A stretch of 64,000 bases of DNA from the human T2T-CHM13v2.0 reference genome, Homo sapiens (GCF_009914755.1 NC_060933.1); one strand, 5' to 3'; positions 13,031 to 27,365 are shown, counted from the stretch's first letter. The notes: generated by a model not told the origin, from the sequence alone. A program made the numbers and translations.

Positions 13031-15059
13031 TGATTAGCCCTTCATGTCACCTTTTGTAGATTAAAAAAATTCAAATTAACATCTCAAGCTTTCAATTCTC
13101 TTTCAAGATTTATCTGAAAATTTCCTCATTTACGTTGAGAAGGTCTTCCTAGTTCAAAACCTAGTACCTCAAATTACCATGTCCCAAATTTCAGAATAAT
13201 GAATAATTTCATTTTTCTGCACCATGTCATTCCCCTTTTGTGTTTGCTGTCCCATCGCACCATTCTTTTGTGTTACACTATTCCCCAGGTGTAGAGAAAC
13301 AGTCTATGTCAGTACAGGCTTAAAAAGAAAACTCTCCTAAATGGGACTTTTTTTTCCCAGGATTGTCTTAATTTCATTTTTAAGAAAGTTAAAAACCTAA
13401 TACATAAAAATAATTATTAGTATATTCTACATTTCAATAATATTTTAAAATTCAATCTATAAGCAGGACAGGACAGATGAAATATTGAATCTTAGGGCAA
13501 GAAAGGAAAAGCCAGACATTACTTTCATTTTGCTTTTTTGCCTTCTCCTCTGCTCTGTATTTCTGCTTTATGCCATTCAGTTATGGATGTTATAGTAAAC
13601 ATCTTTGTTTCTGTAAATAAATACTCATAAATCTATATATGTATGTGTATTCATCTATAAAAGGAAGAATAATTTTATTTACCAAGAAATCTCCCCAAGA
13701 ATTTTTAGCAATAGCAATATTCAGAATGAAAAAAAAAAAATAGCACGCTTCCTAGTACAGGTGCTGTGAAGTTGCTGGGCACCCAACCATCACCATCCAA
13801 TCTGCATGACTTGTGAGGGGTTGCAGATATCCTGGAAACCACCTCATCCAGGAGGCACATAAGAAATTGGAGGAAGCCAAAAGAAGTGAGAAGAAAGACA
13901 GATTTTTTTGTAATGGTTGCACTATGAAATATAAAAACCTGTTATATCTTTGAAGAACCCAATTTTATGCCCTGCAAAACACCTGGACTAGCCACTTTAA
14001 GAATACCTATAACAATATTAGCATGCTTTAGGGTTTAAGTGAGATTTCTGATTTCTTCAAAAGTAACTCTATGAAAAAAAAAACTGAATTATATGTATCA
14101 TACACATAGAGAATGTGTAAGAAGGTAACCCTTTAGAGATATCTTATTGTCTACTCTTTTGGGTTGAGATGAAACCATCCTAACTAGTAACTGACACGCC
14201 TGTAAATAATGTTTACAAAAATCCATAGTCTAGACATAAGTATCTGAGCACATATATGAAAATATAAGCTATCTGACATACACGTCTCATAGTTCTGAAT
14301 CTGATATACTCTAACCAGACCTAACCTTCAAAATCAGTGCCAGTGACTATAAGGAGAGATATGTTTACCAGATGCTACAGGTAAGCTTCAAAATTATACT
14401 GCTATTGAATGTCAAGTGGATGAAGCACGGTCAGCAAAATGACTAACATTAACCTGATTCCCATTTCCGTTTTTCTTTTCAACTTTTGCAATCTCGGAGA
14501 ACCTGCTAATGGATCAGTTTCTTATTTTGCTGAGACTGTCCATTATAAATAATATTTCTATGCTTATTATCAATAATGCCACTGCTGCAAAGCAAATTCA
14601 GGCCAGTTACAATGCACGGTACAAAGCTATCTAAAATATAAGTGTGGGTGTTTCAGCTTGGGTCTTATCTCATTTGAAATTGAAATATGTTTGCAATGCT
14701 TGAATGTGGGAAGATTAATTATCACCTCTGTTTCAAAATAAGCAGCAGTAGAAACCCATCACATGAAAATGTGGAAGTGACATTGTCGACAGCTAACAAG
14801 AGAGGTTTTCAGCTGGAAAAGGGTGCAAACAGAAACAAATGCATTCATATTTCTAATCCGCAGCCAAGAAAAATTGTATTTGATACTGGCTGAATTTGCC
14901 TCAGAAAATCAAAGCCCCATTTTGGCTAGGATACTAAATGCAGCAAGATGAACCACAGAATTCTGCCTCGCAGTTACATCAATGCTTTCATGTTTCCAAG
15001 GTCAGGCTAGCTCTGGCTTTTTTTTTTTTTCTCAGTAAGAGAGAAAAGCATAAACAGTC

Positions 15060-15250
15060 CCGCCATTGACACGCAATGTGGCCTTAGGCAAAGAAGTTAA
15101 TCTCTCTAAACTTCAGTTTCCCCATCTATGAAATGGACAAAATAAGCACATGCTTAGCTCATGGAATGGATGCAAGTCTGTTATGTATTAGTATAAACAA
15201 CACGCGTCTAGCATGCAGTAAGAGCTCAGCAGTAGTTAGCTATTGCTGTT
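15060..15250 (+). mobile_element. MIR SINE
   Basis: tgtggccttaggcaa...cttcagtttccccatctatgaaatgg. Confidence 0.8.
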
Positions 15251-15895
15251 GCAAAACCATGCCATTCTGTTCTAAAACCACTAAAACAAAAACTCGTCCT
15301 TCCTGTCTGAATGCAGCTCTATCTCAAGTAGTGAGGGTAATAGAAGGTTCAGTTCCCCCCACTTCTTAAACTTCAGTGATTAAGAGAGATCATTTTGATG
15401 CTTCATTCCTGAAAGATACTTCTTTTTTTATTGTTGTTTTAAATGCCATGTCAGAACATCCATAGTTAACATCAGGTTTTTAAGAAAGGTCTCTTGAGTC
15501 ATTTGAACACTGGCATTGTGCAGCTCAGGTCTCATTACAGATCCCTTTTGTTAACAGGAAGGTTTTAAGTCAGTAAGTCCGCTGGCTGTACCATACATTA
15601 AGATAATGAGATGAAATGATATAAATTCAAATCATTTGGCTCCCTTCTCCATCTCTATTTCTCTCTCAATTTATGTTACACAATGACATAAAGCACCACC
15701 TTGGGAGGTGAGCCTGCCCTGTGGTTAATCATTCCAATACATGCTAAAATACCCCACACTATAATTTAACATGAAGAACAGCTAGGGGTTGTATTGGAAC
15801 TGTCATGACTCACAGGAATCTACTAATTTTGTCCTGTTCACCTTCATTTTATAACTTTGCAAGAGTTTCTGCCAACATTGGCAGAGGTGGCAAAC

Positions 15896-15897
<2 letters not shown>

Positions 15898-15926
<29 letters not shown>
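15898..15926 (+). repeat. Poly(A)29 tract
   Basis: Counted directly. Confidence 0.97.
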
Positions 15927-15928
<2 letters not shown>

Positions 15929-17919
15929 TAAAAAGAAGCTCTTTGTGAAATGGCATCTTGAGTCTATGCCATTGATAGCGTCTTTCTGATTCCCCAGGCA
16001 AGCTCTTTCTGAGCCACTCTAAGCCCTCCAGAGACAATTTCTTTTATGAAAGTCAAGCTTCCTTCTACCAGGCTCTCACATCTTCAGCAACGGTAATCAT
16101 TCTTGAAGCTGGAAGTGTTGTCTGCTATCTTGATGTTGCTGGTACTGAAAGAGGCAAACAAAGTCAGCCTGATTGTTTTAGGTTTGGATTAGTCTGGAGT
16201 GCATAGAGAAACATTTTAAAAGGCTTATTTTGACTATCAAAGTGAGTTGATATGACAGCAGTCGTCAGGGGAAAAATGTGCACCATGCAAACACACAAAC
16301 ATCCCTCAGCAACCAGCTGCAGCTACTTTGCAGTAGCAGGTTTGAGGGAAAATTGCTTTCTTGACTATCACTGGAAAAGAGGGCAGCACTCCAAGTTACT
16401 TTGGAAAAGGTACAACCACAAAGTGGTATCCAGGATGGCATGGAGGTCAAAGGGGTTTGAAAGTCAACTTTTATAGCACATAATCTTGTAGAATTGTGTC
16501 TGTGATTTCATACATGCGTGTTTCTGTGTAATATGTAACTATTCATTAATCAGACACAGATTGGCAGGTTCTAGTCAGTTACGTCCAAACATAATGATAA
16601 TCAACAGAAAGGAAAGTGATTTGAATTAGGAAATGGGGAAAAAGAGAAACAACTAACATGCAACAAAATAAAAACAACAGCAAAATAAGCTAGTAATTGC
16701 TGAAAGCAGTTTTAGAATTCAGCTCAACCACCTAAAATTCTGAGTTTATGAATGGAAAGCTACCTGGACTATTCTGATCATATCATGAGGTGCCTTTTTA
16801 GCTTGGTTATTCAAATGACAAAACTCTCAGTCATATGGCAGGGAACTGCATGACTCTTCACAAAAATATATGAAATTAAAAACAAATTTTCGGTCTAACT
16901 TCCTAGTCAAGTTTATATTTAATGAGTTTGAGATGCCATGTGATTGCCAGTTTCCAAGAGAAATTCAATCTCCCAGCATTTATTCCACTTAAATATTGAT
17001 GTCTACCTCACAGTAGTTCACAATTTACAATTACCAGCTCTATTTTTAAGCAAAATATAACTACTCACTTTGACACAAACAAGTATTATTTGGAAATAAG
17101 AATCCTCAACATGTTTCCCAAAAGTAGACACAGATTATTGCATGATGTGTGTTCCACATTTTTAGACACCAAAACAAAGCAGGGTAATTTCTTAGAAAAA
17201 TAAAACTTCATTAGAAAAAAAAGTTGCACAAAATATTCTTTCATATTATCTGCAGACAATGTATAAAATCATATTTTAAATACTTCTCAAAGCAAATATT
17301 CAGCATACTTTCTTCTACATAATTACATCCTTCAAATTCTTTACCTCTTAGTAGTTGGATTTCTATACTAAGCAATAAACAAATTCAATTTTTATTATAG
17401 ATATAAATAGTTAAAAGAGAACATAAAAGTAATATAAGAAGAGTGCAAAGGAAGCATTCATCTAGTTTGAGGGACAGGCGCATGATGTGTAAGACATATG
17501 TTCAGAAGCTCCTGTCAAGGATGTACTTCTCTTGGCAAAGTCTGGGCCTCATATCCACCTCAAGGTAAGAGCTGGTCTGAGACTGGCTTCTGCCTGATCC
17601 TCTCCTCAGCACCAGGAAAACGATTTCAGAACTGCCTTGAAGTTCTTGATCTAGTCTTTGAAACAAAAGGAAATGGATCCTGACGTGGTTTAGAGTGGGC
17701 CTGCTCCTGTGCTCTTATAGATTTGTGTTCATTCTCTTTATCTCAAATCAGTTTGGGACTTAAGTTTGTAAAAGAAACATTATTATTTATTCTTCATTAT
17801 CATATAAAATTTGACTCAATATTTATTCCCAGAAGAACTTTTCTATCACCTCACTGAGATAGCCTTAACCCAAGGTTTTATTTTCTTCTCCCCAGGAATG
17901 CCTTTTGAGTATAATGGCC

Positions 17920-18380
17920 CTGTCCAGTGGTCAGAGCCACTGTGATTTGTAGTGGCAGAAATTCAACTTGAACTAGCTCATTATCGTTAAGAAATGCTCC
18001 CAATTATGGGAAAGGCGGGCAGAACCGAGACCGGTAACAATATGCTATCTGCTGTCCCTGTTTTTCTCTACCAGTTGTCTTTCTTCTCCCCTGATGTAAA
18101 ACAGCTTCTAGTACAACATACTTCCACCTTTTCTCCAGAGAGGAAATGGCTTTTTCTAACTCACTCCGTTTCCAGGTAATTATGGGGGGATGGAAATAGA
18201 TTCTGACTGGCTTAGCTTGTGTAAAACTCAATTCTATGCCAAGGAGGTGATATCTTACAATTATCAGAGTCTCTCAGAACCTGTACAATATGGGAAGAAT
18301 GAGCTCCCCAAAAGAACCTGGCTGTGGAAAAAGGATAATGAGGGTGTGTGGCCATCAGAAGAAAGCTAGGGGAGCTGAGA
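17920..18380 (-). mobile_element. Old MLT1 (J/K/L-like) LTR, decayed
   Basis: gtggcagaaattcaacttgaactagct and ttctgactggcttagcttg resemble antisense MLT1. Confidence 0.55.
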
Positions 18381-18536
18381 TGGCAAAAACGAGTGATTCC
18401 TCCTACATCTTCCTGTACTATGGACAGTTTGTGGCAGCTAGGGAGAAAACTTATCAGATTAAAGACATTCATATGTGTTTGCATTGCTCTGCTCTTTACC
18501 AAATGTACCCATTCCATGAAGAAATATACAACTACC

Positions 18537-19054
18537 TGCAATGGTTGATTTTATACGTTAACTTGTCTGGGGTAGCTGGAACCCAGATATTTGATCAAAC
18601 ATCATTCTGGGTGTTTTGGTGAGAATGTTTTTGAATGAGTTTAACATTTAAATCTGTAGACCGAGTAAACCAGATTGTCTCCCTAATGTGGGAGGGCCCC
18701 ATCAAATCAGCTGAAGGCCTGAATAGAACAAGTCTGACCCACTCCTGAGTAAGAAAAAACTTCTCTTGCCAGACTGCCTTCGAACTAGGACACTGGCTTT
18801 TTCCTGCCTTCAGGAATGGACATAAACATCAGCTCTTCCTGGGTCTTGAGCCTTCCGGCCTTTGCACTGGAACTATACCATCAGCTCTCCCAGGTCTCTA
18901 GCTGGCCAACACACCCTGCAGATCTTTGGACTTGTCTGCAACCATAATCATGTGAGCCAACTGTGTATATACACAACTGTGTGTGTATACACACACCCAC
19001 ACACGTCCCATTGGTTCTTTTTTTCTTTTTCTCTGGAGACCCCTGACTAATTTG
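18537..19054 (+). mobile_element. MLT2B-like ERVL solo LTR
   Basis: Starts tgcaatggttgattttat, ends ctctggagacccctgactaat; perfect 5-bp TSD CTACC (18532-36, 19055-59). Confidence 0.92.
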
Positions 19055-19309
19055 CTACCCTCCTCGTGTGTTTACATTCTCTGTGAGAAGTCTTAAAGTA
19101 AAGAAAGAATACAGAAAGTTTAGATACCCCACTTAGGGTGTGGGTACCCTCTTTACTGGATGGAGACAGTGCAGAAACCAACTTTTACTTCTCGAAAAAA
19201 AGTTGACATGTTCCAATGCAGTCTACAGGAGCAAACAAAACCCCAAATCTCCAGGTTCTGGAGTCCACTGGGTAGGAATGAGTGACAATTCTATTTTGTC
19301 ATTACCATT

Positions 19310-19713
19310 TGTATTAGTCCGTTTTCACACTGCTATAAAGAATACTACCTGAGACTGGGTCATTATAAAGGAAAGAGGTTTAATTGACTCACAGTTCCAC
19401 AGGATTACCAGGAAGCATGACTAGGAGACCTCAGGAAACTTACCATCATGGCTGAAAGCAAAGGGAAAGCAGGCACATTCTTCACAAGGCAGCACGAGGA
19501 AGTGTGCAAGTAGGGGAAATGCCAGATGCTTATAAAACCATCAGATCTCCTGAGAACTTACTCACTATCATGAGAACAGCATGAGAGAAACCTCCTCCAT
19601 GATCCAATCACCTCCTTCCCTCAACACGTGGGGATTACAGTTCCCTTCTGTGACACGTGGGGATTACAATTCAAGATGGGATTCGGGTGGACACAATTTG
19701 CCAAACCATATTA
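19310..19713 (-). mobile_element. THE1D/MSTA MaLR solo LTR
   Basis: tgtattagtccgttttcacactgctataaag...ccaaaccatatta; TSD ccatt/ctgtt. Confidence 0.93.
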
Positions 19714-19926
19714 CTGTTGTATATAAAATGGCATCTTAAGGCAATCCTCAGTCTTAAGGGCTGAGACAAAGGCTTCTTATTACATCTCTTCAACCCTCAG
19801 CTCCAGCTCTTCTGCTATTATAACTCATAGAGATTTTATGAAAATTAAATGGGCTGTATGTAAAAATGCCTACAAAACATTTAAATACAGAAGCATCCAA
19901 TACATTTAATTTTCTTATTTTGCTTC

Positions 19927-20455
19927 TGTGCAGAAAAGAAATAACAAAGCAGGCCTGAGACTGCTATCCTTAAGTCTGCCTGCAAGGTTGGTCCTTGCCT
20001 GGCATCTGGGTGCTTGGAATTCAAAAGTTTATACCATTCATTAATTTATTAGATTGGCTCCCTGTGCCTAAATTGTGCAAATAATATGGTTTATGCTATA
20101 CATCTGGTCTCCACCTGTGACTCTCAAATGTTTGTTACCAAAGTGTGCCTATCTAAAAAGCCCCCCATAAAAATATCAGGTATTGACTCTCTAGTGAGCT
20201 TCCATGATAGACAACATTTCACACATGTTGTCACAGTTCAATGCTGGAGAAATAAACCATGTCCTGTGTGACTCCACAGGGAGGGAATTCTTAGAAGCTT
20301 GTACCTGGTTTCCTTCAGACGTTTCCCCATGTACCTTTTCCCTTTGCTCATTTTGCTTTCATTGTAATAAATCTTAGCCATGAGTACAAGTGTACATTGA
20401 GTTCTACGGGTCCTAGTGAATTACCAAGATATTGTTGGGGACACAACCTGACCAC
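19927..20455 (+). mobile_element. MER68-like ERVL solo LTR
   Basis: Starts tgtgcagaaaagaaataacaaagcaggcctgagactgctatcctt; aataaatcttagccatgagta. Confidence 0.85.
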
Positions 20456-22224
20456 TATCTTTTTGGCCACTTCACTCAAATTCAGCTCAACCTTCCAAAA
20501 TCTGTCATATAGCAGCCTATGCCTTATTTCTATAGATTCTAGACAGATCACCTTTGCCTAAGTACTGTAAACCTGAATATATACCCAAAGTAATTTTGGG
20601 TTTAGAATAGCAGGCTTTCTTTTTATGATAATGTGCTATTGGGCCTAGTTACCTAGCTAAAGAAAATATAACTCTATGTTATATGTATAAATTAAGTCTA
20701 CATCCTTACTTAAGTCAACACATTTGGTTATTTTTACATATGCAATTAGGCCCAAAGGTTTCTGTCATAACCATAGTTACTACATTTTTAGTCAAGAGAA
20801 GTGTTAAGGAAAGTATAACCAAGATGCCTGCCGAAACCATGTAAAAACAAAAAATAACAAACAAAAATCAATAAAAACCCATAGAAAGCCTGGCTTTGAG
20901 TAATTCTCTTTTATGTTGAAATCTCCAAGATAAATGAATTATAAAATCTACATCAAAGTGACTAGATGTAGTAACTTAGTGAATGAGATTATAATTTTTG
21001 CTTTGGGCCCTTTATACCTATAGCTCATTATTTTCCTCCACTGATAACCTTAAATCCTTTATTCTCGTTTTTTTTATTAGAAAAGTAAAATGAATTCCTG
21101 TATTGCAGAAAAAGTTTCTTTTTGTTTCAATCTGTCAGTAAAATCTTTTTAGTTCACCAGGTTTTACCACGAACAGATAATGTTCTTAGAGGGTAATATT
21201 CTTAGATGGTAGAAATGCAAGCATTTTCTCTTTCCAGAATAAACAGGTTTTACCAGCATAGGAAGTAAAATGCCATCACTCATAAATAGAAATTAATATA
21301 CTAATTTATGTGGCTTCAGGGAGTCTTGAGGCTGTGGAAGACTGCAAAGTTAAATAAGCTGCATCCACATATACAACCTCTGTTTTTCTTCTGCCAAGGG
21401 CATAACATAATATGCACTTCCCATGTCTCTAAGAGTCCCCCCATCTTCCCAAATTTCCAACATGTATTTGCTAAAGAATGAAACACAGGAAAACGTCAAA
21501 ACAGGCAGGAATGAGACGCTGTACTGAAAACAGGGGAATTTAGTGAAATCCTACCCATTTACCGATGAAACCTGATGTTGTCATTTCACCTCCTCTCCCT
21601 GGTTCATCCACTATGGGCAGACAGGCCTCTGCCCTTTTTATAGGGAGACAGGAGAGTGTAGTTTTCTCCTCTTGAGAAAACTTGAGAAAAAAGAAAAAAA
21701 AAAGACCCAGGCATTTGTGACTAGCCTAAACATAGAGCCATATTCCTGCTTGGTTATCCAATTATGAAGCTCATCATTCACCCTGTGCCACCCATATATT
21801 CAGGGCTGCCAATTCATGTTTTATGCTTTTTTGATAAATAGCCTTTTTATTATTTTTATTCATAAGCAGCATTTTATTTATGCTTTACTGATAAAATAGT
21901 GACAAGATTATCAATAAACAGCCAAACATCATTAGACATTTAAAAACTCCCAATAAATGAAAGTTAGAGGCCATTCCCCCAACCCCACAAAAGGAACTCA
22001 GATTAAATAGAAACATAAAACCACAAATATGTAGAAACCTTTAATAGGCTCAAAAATAGAGAAAAAGAAACCTTCAGGGAACAAAAAATAGGTTTCAGAT
22101 TTTAAAAATACAACAGGAACAAAGTACCGTTTACAGAACGGTTGAAAAGTCAAGTTGAAGAAATCTCACAAAATATGGAACAAAAATTCAGAGAGGAAAA
22201 ATATGGAAAAAAATAAAGGAACAA

Positions 22225-22510
22225 GCTAGAAAGTCATAGACAAAGTGGCAAATATGTCAAATGAACAAGCCTAGAGATCCAGTGTACAACATGAGGACTA
22301 TAAGTAGTAAATATACTGTATGTGAGATTCATACTATGTGAGTAGATTCTAGCTGCTCTTTGCCACCAGAACAAAACAAATGGGTAATTATGTGAGCTGA
22401 CAGATACGTTAATTTACTTTACTACAGTAACCATTTTACTAACTGTATGTATTCCATAACATCATGTTACATACCTTAAATGTACAGAATATGATTTATT
22501 TTTAAAAAAG
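22225..22510 (+). mobile_element. L1MA7/8-like 3' end nested in HAL1
   Basis: gaacaagcctagagatccagtgtacaacatgaggactata...cataacatcatgttacataccttaaa. Confidence 0.85.
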
Positions 22511-22708
22511 AGATGATGCAGAGAAAATGGGTAGGAGAAAACTAATTGAAGAAATTAAATGAGATTTTCTTTCATAACTGAAAGTCATGCACCTCCAGAT
22601 TTAAAGGGCCTGTCAAATGCCAGCATGATGAATGGAGAAAGACCCACAAGACACATCAATGTAAATTTTCATCACAGCATGGATAAAGTAGAGATTCTAA
22701 AATATCTA

Positions 22709-22965
<257 letters not shown>

Positions 22966-23722
22966 AAAATATCCAGCTTGGCAGAAACAACAGATGAAAT
23001 ACAAAGATTAGCAAATTGCATCTCACTTCTCAAAGTCAGTACTAGATGCCAGAAAATACTGGGGTATAAGACTCCAAAATCATTTCAGAAAATATTTTCA
23101 ACATAGAATTCTGTATATTAACAGATAGTCAACCAAGGGTTGAATAAACATATTATTAGTAATTCAAGGAATCAAAACACTTACATTTGTTTATCCTGCA
23201 TTAACTACTGGAGAATGTGCTCAATAAAGTGAAAGAGTAAATCCTGAAACAGAAATAAAAAACAGCATCCACAAGAACAGGGATATCAACAGGAAAAAGG
23301 CAAAGGACATTCCTAAAATAATGACAAAGAGAAAACATAGGATAAATGCACAAGACCTACCAAACTACCAGTCCAGTCGGAGCAGAAATATGGAACGCTC
23401 TGGAGGGGATATCTTTCAGAAGAATATGAACCTGTAGTTTACAGATGTGTTTGAACCCAGTGAGAAAAGTTTGTTCTGTCAAAGAGCTTGAAGACTATCT
23501 TATAACATATCCATAGAAAAACTCCATATGTCAAAAAAGTAAGATCATTTTTAACATTTAGTAAAAAAAGTTTTGGAAGAAAGGGATATAGTCATAATTT
23601 ATTATGTAGATTAGCTTTGAATTATATTTATATATGCATAATGACTGTAATAAATATTGATTTAACCAAAATTTTAGATATTACTATTTTGAGAGAATTG
23701 GAGGAAGGAATGTTTGTGTGTC

Positions 23723-23725
<3 letters not shown>

Positions 23726-23757
<32 letters not shown>
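23726..23757 (+). repeat. (GT)16 microsatellite
   Basis: Counted directly. Confidence 0.98.
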
Positions 23758-23759
<2 letters not shown>

Positions 23760-24003
23760 CTGTAGAAAGAGAGAGGGTTGCATCATAAGTGAATCAATCC
23801 TAATGTTTCATAATAAGATTTCAATAAATTATGTCACTATCTCTAAGATTGGAAAATCAAAATATAACAGTTTATATTGCTTGGAATTGGTCAAGTAAAT
23901 GCAAGAAGAAATATCTAAAAGTGATAAGATCGATATTGGTATCAGAGTGATGGGGGTAGGAAGGGATGAGAAAGAGAATAAGAAGACTGCCATTATTTAC
24001 AAT

Positions 24004-24006
<3 letters not shown>

Positions 24007-24050
<44 letters not shown>

Positions 24051-24340
24051 ACCATATATAGCACCAAGGCTTATTATGTATATATTTATATTTGTAGCAA
24101 CTGTGGCTACTAATACATATATATTTCATATATTACTTTTTATATAAATATATGCTAGTTAAATATTTATTAAATATATGCATATATAACTTTATATATA
24201 CACATATATGTACATGTATACATATAAATATGTTAGTTAAATATTTAATATATTATATATAACTTTATATATACACACACGTGTGCACATGTAGATAACA
24301 TGTATATATAAATATGCATGTATATACTATACATAATTTT
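24007..24340 (+). repeat. (AT)19 followed by a degenerate AT-rich low-complexity tract
   Basis: Pure (AT)19 at 24007-24044; about 80-bp duplicated unit at about 24141-24300. Confidence 0.95.
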
Positions 24341-25431
24341 AAAATAAATGTTTAATTATAAAAAGCAAAAAGAAAAAACTTTAAAAGTTATGTAACTAGT
24401 TTAATATAGAAAACAGATCATGAGAAAAATCCTAAGGAAAATAGAATTTAAAAGATTAAACTGTATGTAAAATGGAAAAAAGGAAAAACTATAGAGAAGA
24501 ATCTTTAGGAGGAATATATTTTCAAAACCTCTGACTAAATTTTAGCATAATTCATAATAAATTTGAATGCCTGAAGCAATATGACATTCAAAAGGAATTT
24601 TTTTCTCATGTCTCTTAAAGCAAATAAAGGGATCCAAAGTCACAGTCTTTTGCAACCTTTATTAAAATCTCCTTCCTGCCATACATGTAGCCTCTGAAAT
24701 ACTAGATTACTTGATGCTCACAGCTACTACTCAGATCTATTACTCAGAATAATTTATTCTAAGGTCATTGTCTGCTTCAGTATAAATGACATAAAGTGAC
24801 TCAAAATTAACTTAGATGACGAAAACTAGCAGATAATAGCTTTTTATATATGTTTTATCCAAATATTGAAATTTAAAATAAGCCAGCTTTCTCACTTGAG
24901 TAACTTTAGGCACAATGGCGAATTAGCAGCAGACCACAATAGCTCATTGCAAGTCTCTGTCTCACCTGCCTGCCACAATTGTAGCAAATAAGACAGGTGA
25001 CTATCATGAGGCAGAAATACATGACTTGGAATTAAATGGAAAGGAAGTAATTTGGATTAAATGATTATTATGAACACTGCAGATTTAGAATGAAAAGTCA
25101 AGAATTCTATGTTTTACGTCAACTAAAATTTTACTTTACTTCTAATTACCACTTCGGATTTGAAGCCACTGCATATTTCCCATTAATTGGTAGAGATAGT
25201 AGATAGAATAAGAAATGGATTTTAGTAGCCAGAGTTGAAGTTAGGGTTAATCTAAATGATCTCATAAGCAATTACTAGCATTGTACCATTATACAGTCTC
25301 CACTGTGCCATTGTAAGGACTGTTATTCACATCTAAGTTTCAGTGAATGGCACTGGAGGAGTGGAGAGTACAGCTTGAATGGACATACATGTGACATTGT
25401 TTACAAATTTCCACATTTCTTTTGCAGAAGT

Positions 25432-25824
25432 TGTATTGGGCTGTTCTTGTGTTGCTATAAAGAAATACCTGAGTCTGGGTACTTTGTAAAGAATAAAGGT
25501 TTAATTGGCTCATGGTCCTTCCGGCTTTATAGGAAGCATGATACTGCTGTCTGCTCAGCTTCTGGGGAGGCCTCAGGAAGCTTACTATTGTGGCAAAAGG
25601 CGAGGGAGAGCAGGCATGTCACATGGCCAGAGGAGGAGCAAAGGGATGCGGGCAGTGCTAAACACTTTCAACAACCAGATCTCCTGACTCACTGTCGCAA
25701 GGACAGCACCGAGCCATGAGGGATCCTCCATGATCGAATTACCTCCTGCCAGGCCCCACCTCCAACACTGGGGATTACAATTCAACATGAGATTTGGGCA
25801 GGGACAAATGTCCAAAGTATATCA
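25432..25824 (-). mobile_element. MSTA MaLR solo LTR
   Basis: tgtattgggctgttcttgtgttgctataaagaaatacctgag...ccaaagtatatca; perfect TSD GAAGT. Confidence 0.95.
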
Positions 25825-26459
25825 GAAGTCTAGGTGTATTTCTTCCTTTAAAAAATGGGTTTTGTAAACCTGGAAGAACAAATTCTTATTTACAGTAGTG
25901 TGTCCAAATGCACTGAAAAAGCTTGATTTCAAATATATCTTGATTTGGAGTTGCTAACTCCTATTGCTCTGATACTATTGTGATCTCAGATTTTGGGAGT
26001 TTCCTCTGGGGTTTATTATTGTGGCTCCAGCCTGTGATGTTTTGTCTGTTGGTCAATGCAGAATATTCAAATTTGGAGGAAAATTTTTCTCTACAGTCTC
26101 AAGACTTTGCCTTATTTCTCTTCACTTAAGACTTTATGAACAATGGTTTCATGATGACCTCTACAGCCCCTGCCCTCAATAGCTTTTGCAGTTGGCATCT
26201 TACCTCACAAATATTTAACATTTTCATATTCTTTAAAATTTTTTGGCATGTTTAAGTAATAGCTCTTCCAGGTTTACAAAACCCCTTTTTCAAAGGAAGA
26301 AATACATCATATGCAATTTCCCTAAGTTGGTTCTCAGTCACTGAAGCCTGCAAAAGCTCTAAAATTAGATTCCGTCTAATTTTCCAATTATGATATACCA
26401 TTCCTCAGTGAGTGACCAGGGAAATCTGCGTATGGTTGCTTCTAACTATTAAAGTAACA

Positions 26460-26920
26460 CATTCATTCTTTCAGCAAATAGGTATGAAGCATATTCTATG
26501 TCCCAACCTCTGAACTATAAGCTTGGGATACATCCATGAACAAACAGAAATATCTGCTAACACGGAGCTTACATTCTAATGCAGGGGTTAAAGGGGTAAA
26601 CAAGTGTTGTCAAACAACAGAAAAAATAATAGATATATTAAATAAGTAAATTATAGAGCATATTAGAATGCAAAAAACGTAACGGAATAAATGGAGCCAG
26701 GCAAGGGTGACCAAGAATGCTGGCGACTATAGATCGACTAGGGTAATCAGGGTAAGTCTCATTAAGAAGGTGATTTTTGAGCAAAGATGTGTAAGAAATA
26801 AGGGAGTTTTCCAGGCAAACATTTGTAGGAGGAGCATTTGAGGCTGAGAAAATATCCAGTGCAAAAAACCGCACTGTGGGAGCACTCCTAGTATGTTAAG
26901 TAAGAAGGAAGAAAGGCATT
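26460..26920 (-). mobile_element. L2a 3' end
   Basis: attcattctttcagcaaata...ggagcttacattctaa...gaaggtgatttttgagcaaaga. Confidence 0.85.
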
Positions 26921-27365
26921 TTGCTTCAAGGGTCTTTTTTAGCTAGAGTGCCCACTCTTACATTTCTTTTTCTGGTTTACCCTCAGGCTCCAGTGCATAT
27001 ATTTTGTCTCTGATCCTCTGAGTAATTAGCCAGCATTTTAATGATAATCTGCATTTTCAATTATGTTAGCTTCTTTTGTTTTTGAACCTCTGAGGAAAGG
27101 TGGACATAAATACTTCCATTGCAAAGATAAAGAATCTGATAATCAGAAAGTTTCATTCCTTTAAAGAGCTCAATTCCAAAGTCAAACCCCAAATCTTTCA
27201 CTCTGAGCCCAGTGGTATTTCTGTCATTGCCTATGATATCACAGACAAATCTTGTCCAGATTTTCTATCACTAAAGAAAATCTAGTCAAGTCTCTACATT
27301 GGGAGGGTGAGAAAAAAAAAAAAGCAGGCAATGATAGAATTCAAGGAAAGACAGGAGGCAGGTCA

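Noticed and set aside
19612-19668. Internal duplication of acacgtggggattaca in the THE1D/MSTA LTR
   Set aside because: I recall this duplication as a feature of some subfamily members, so it is probably inherited rather than local.
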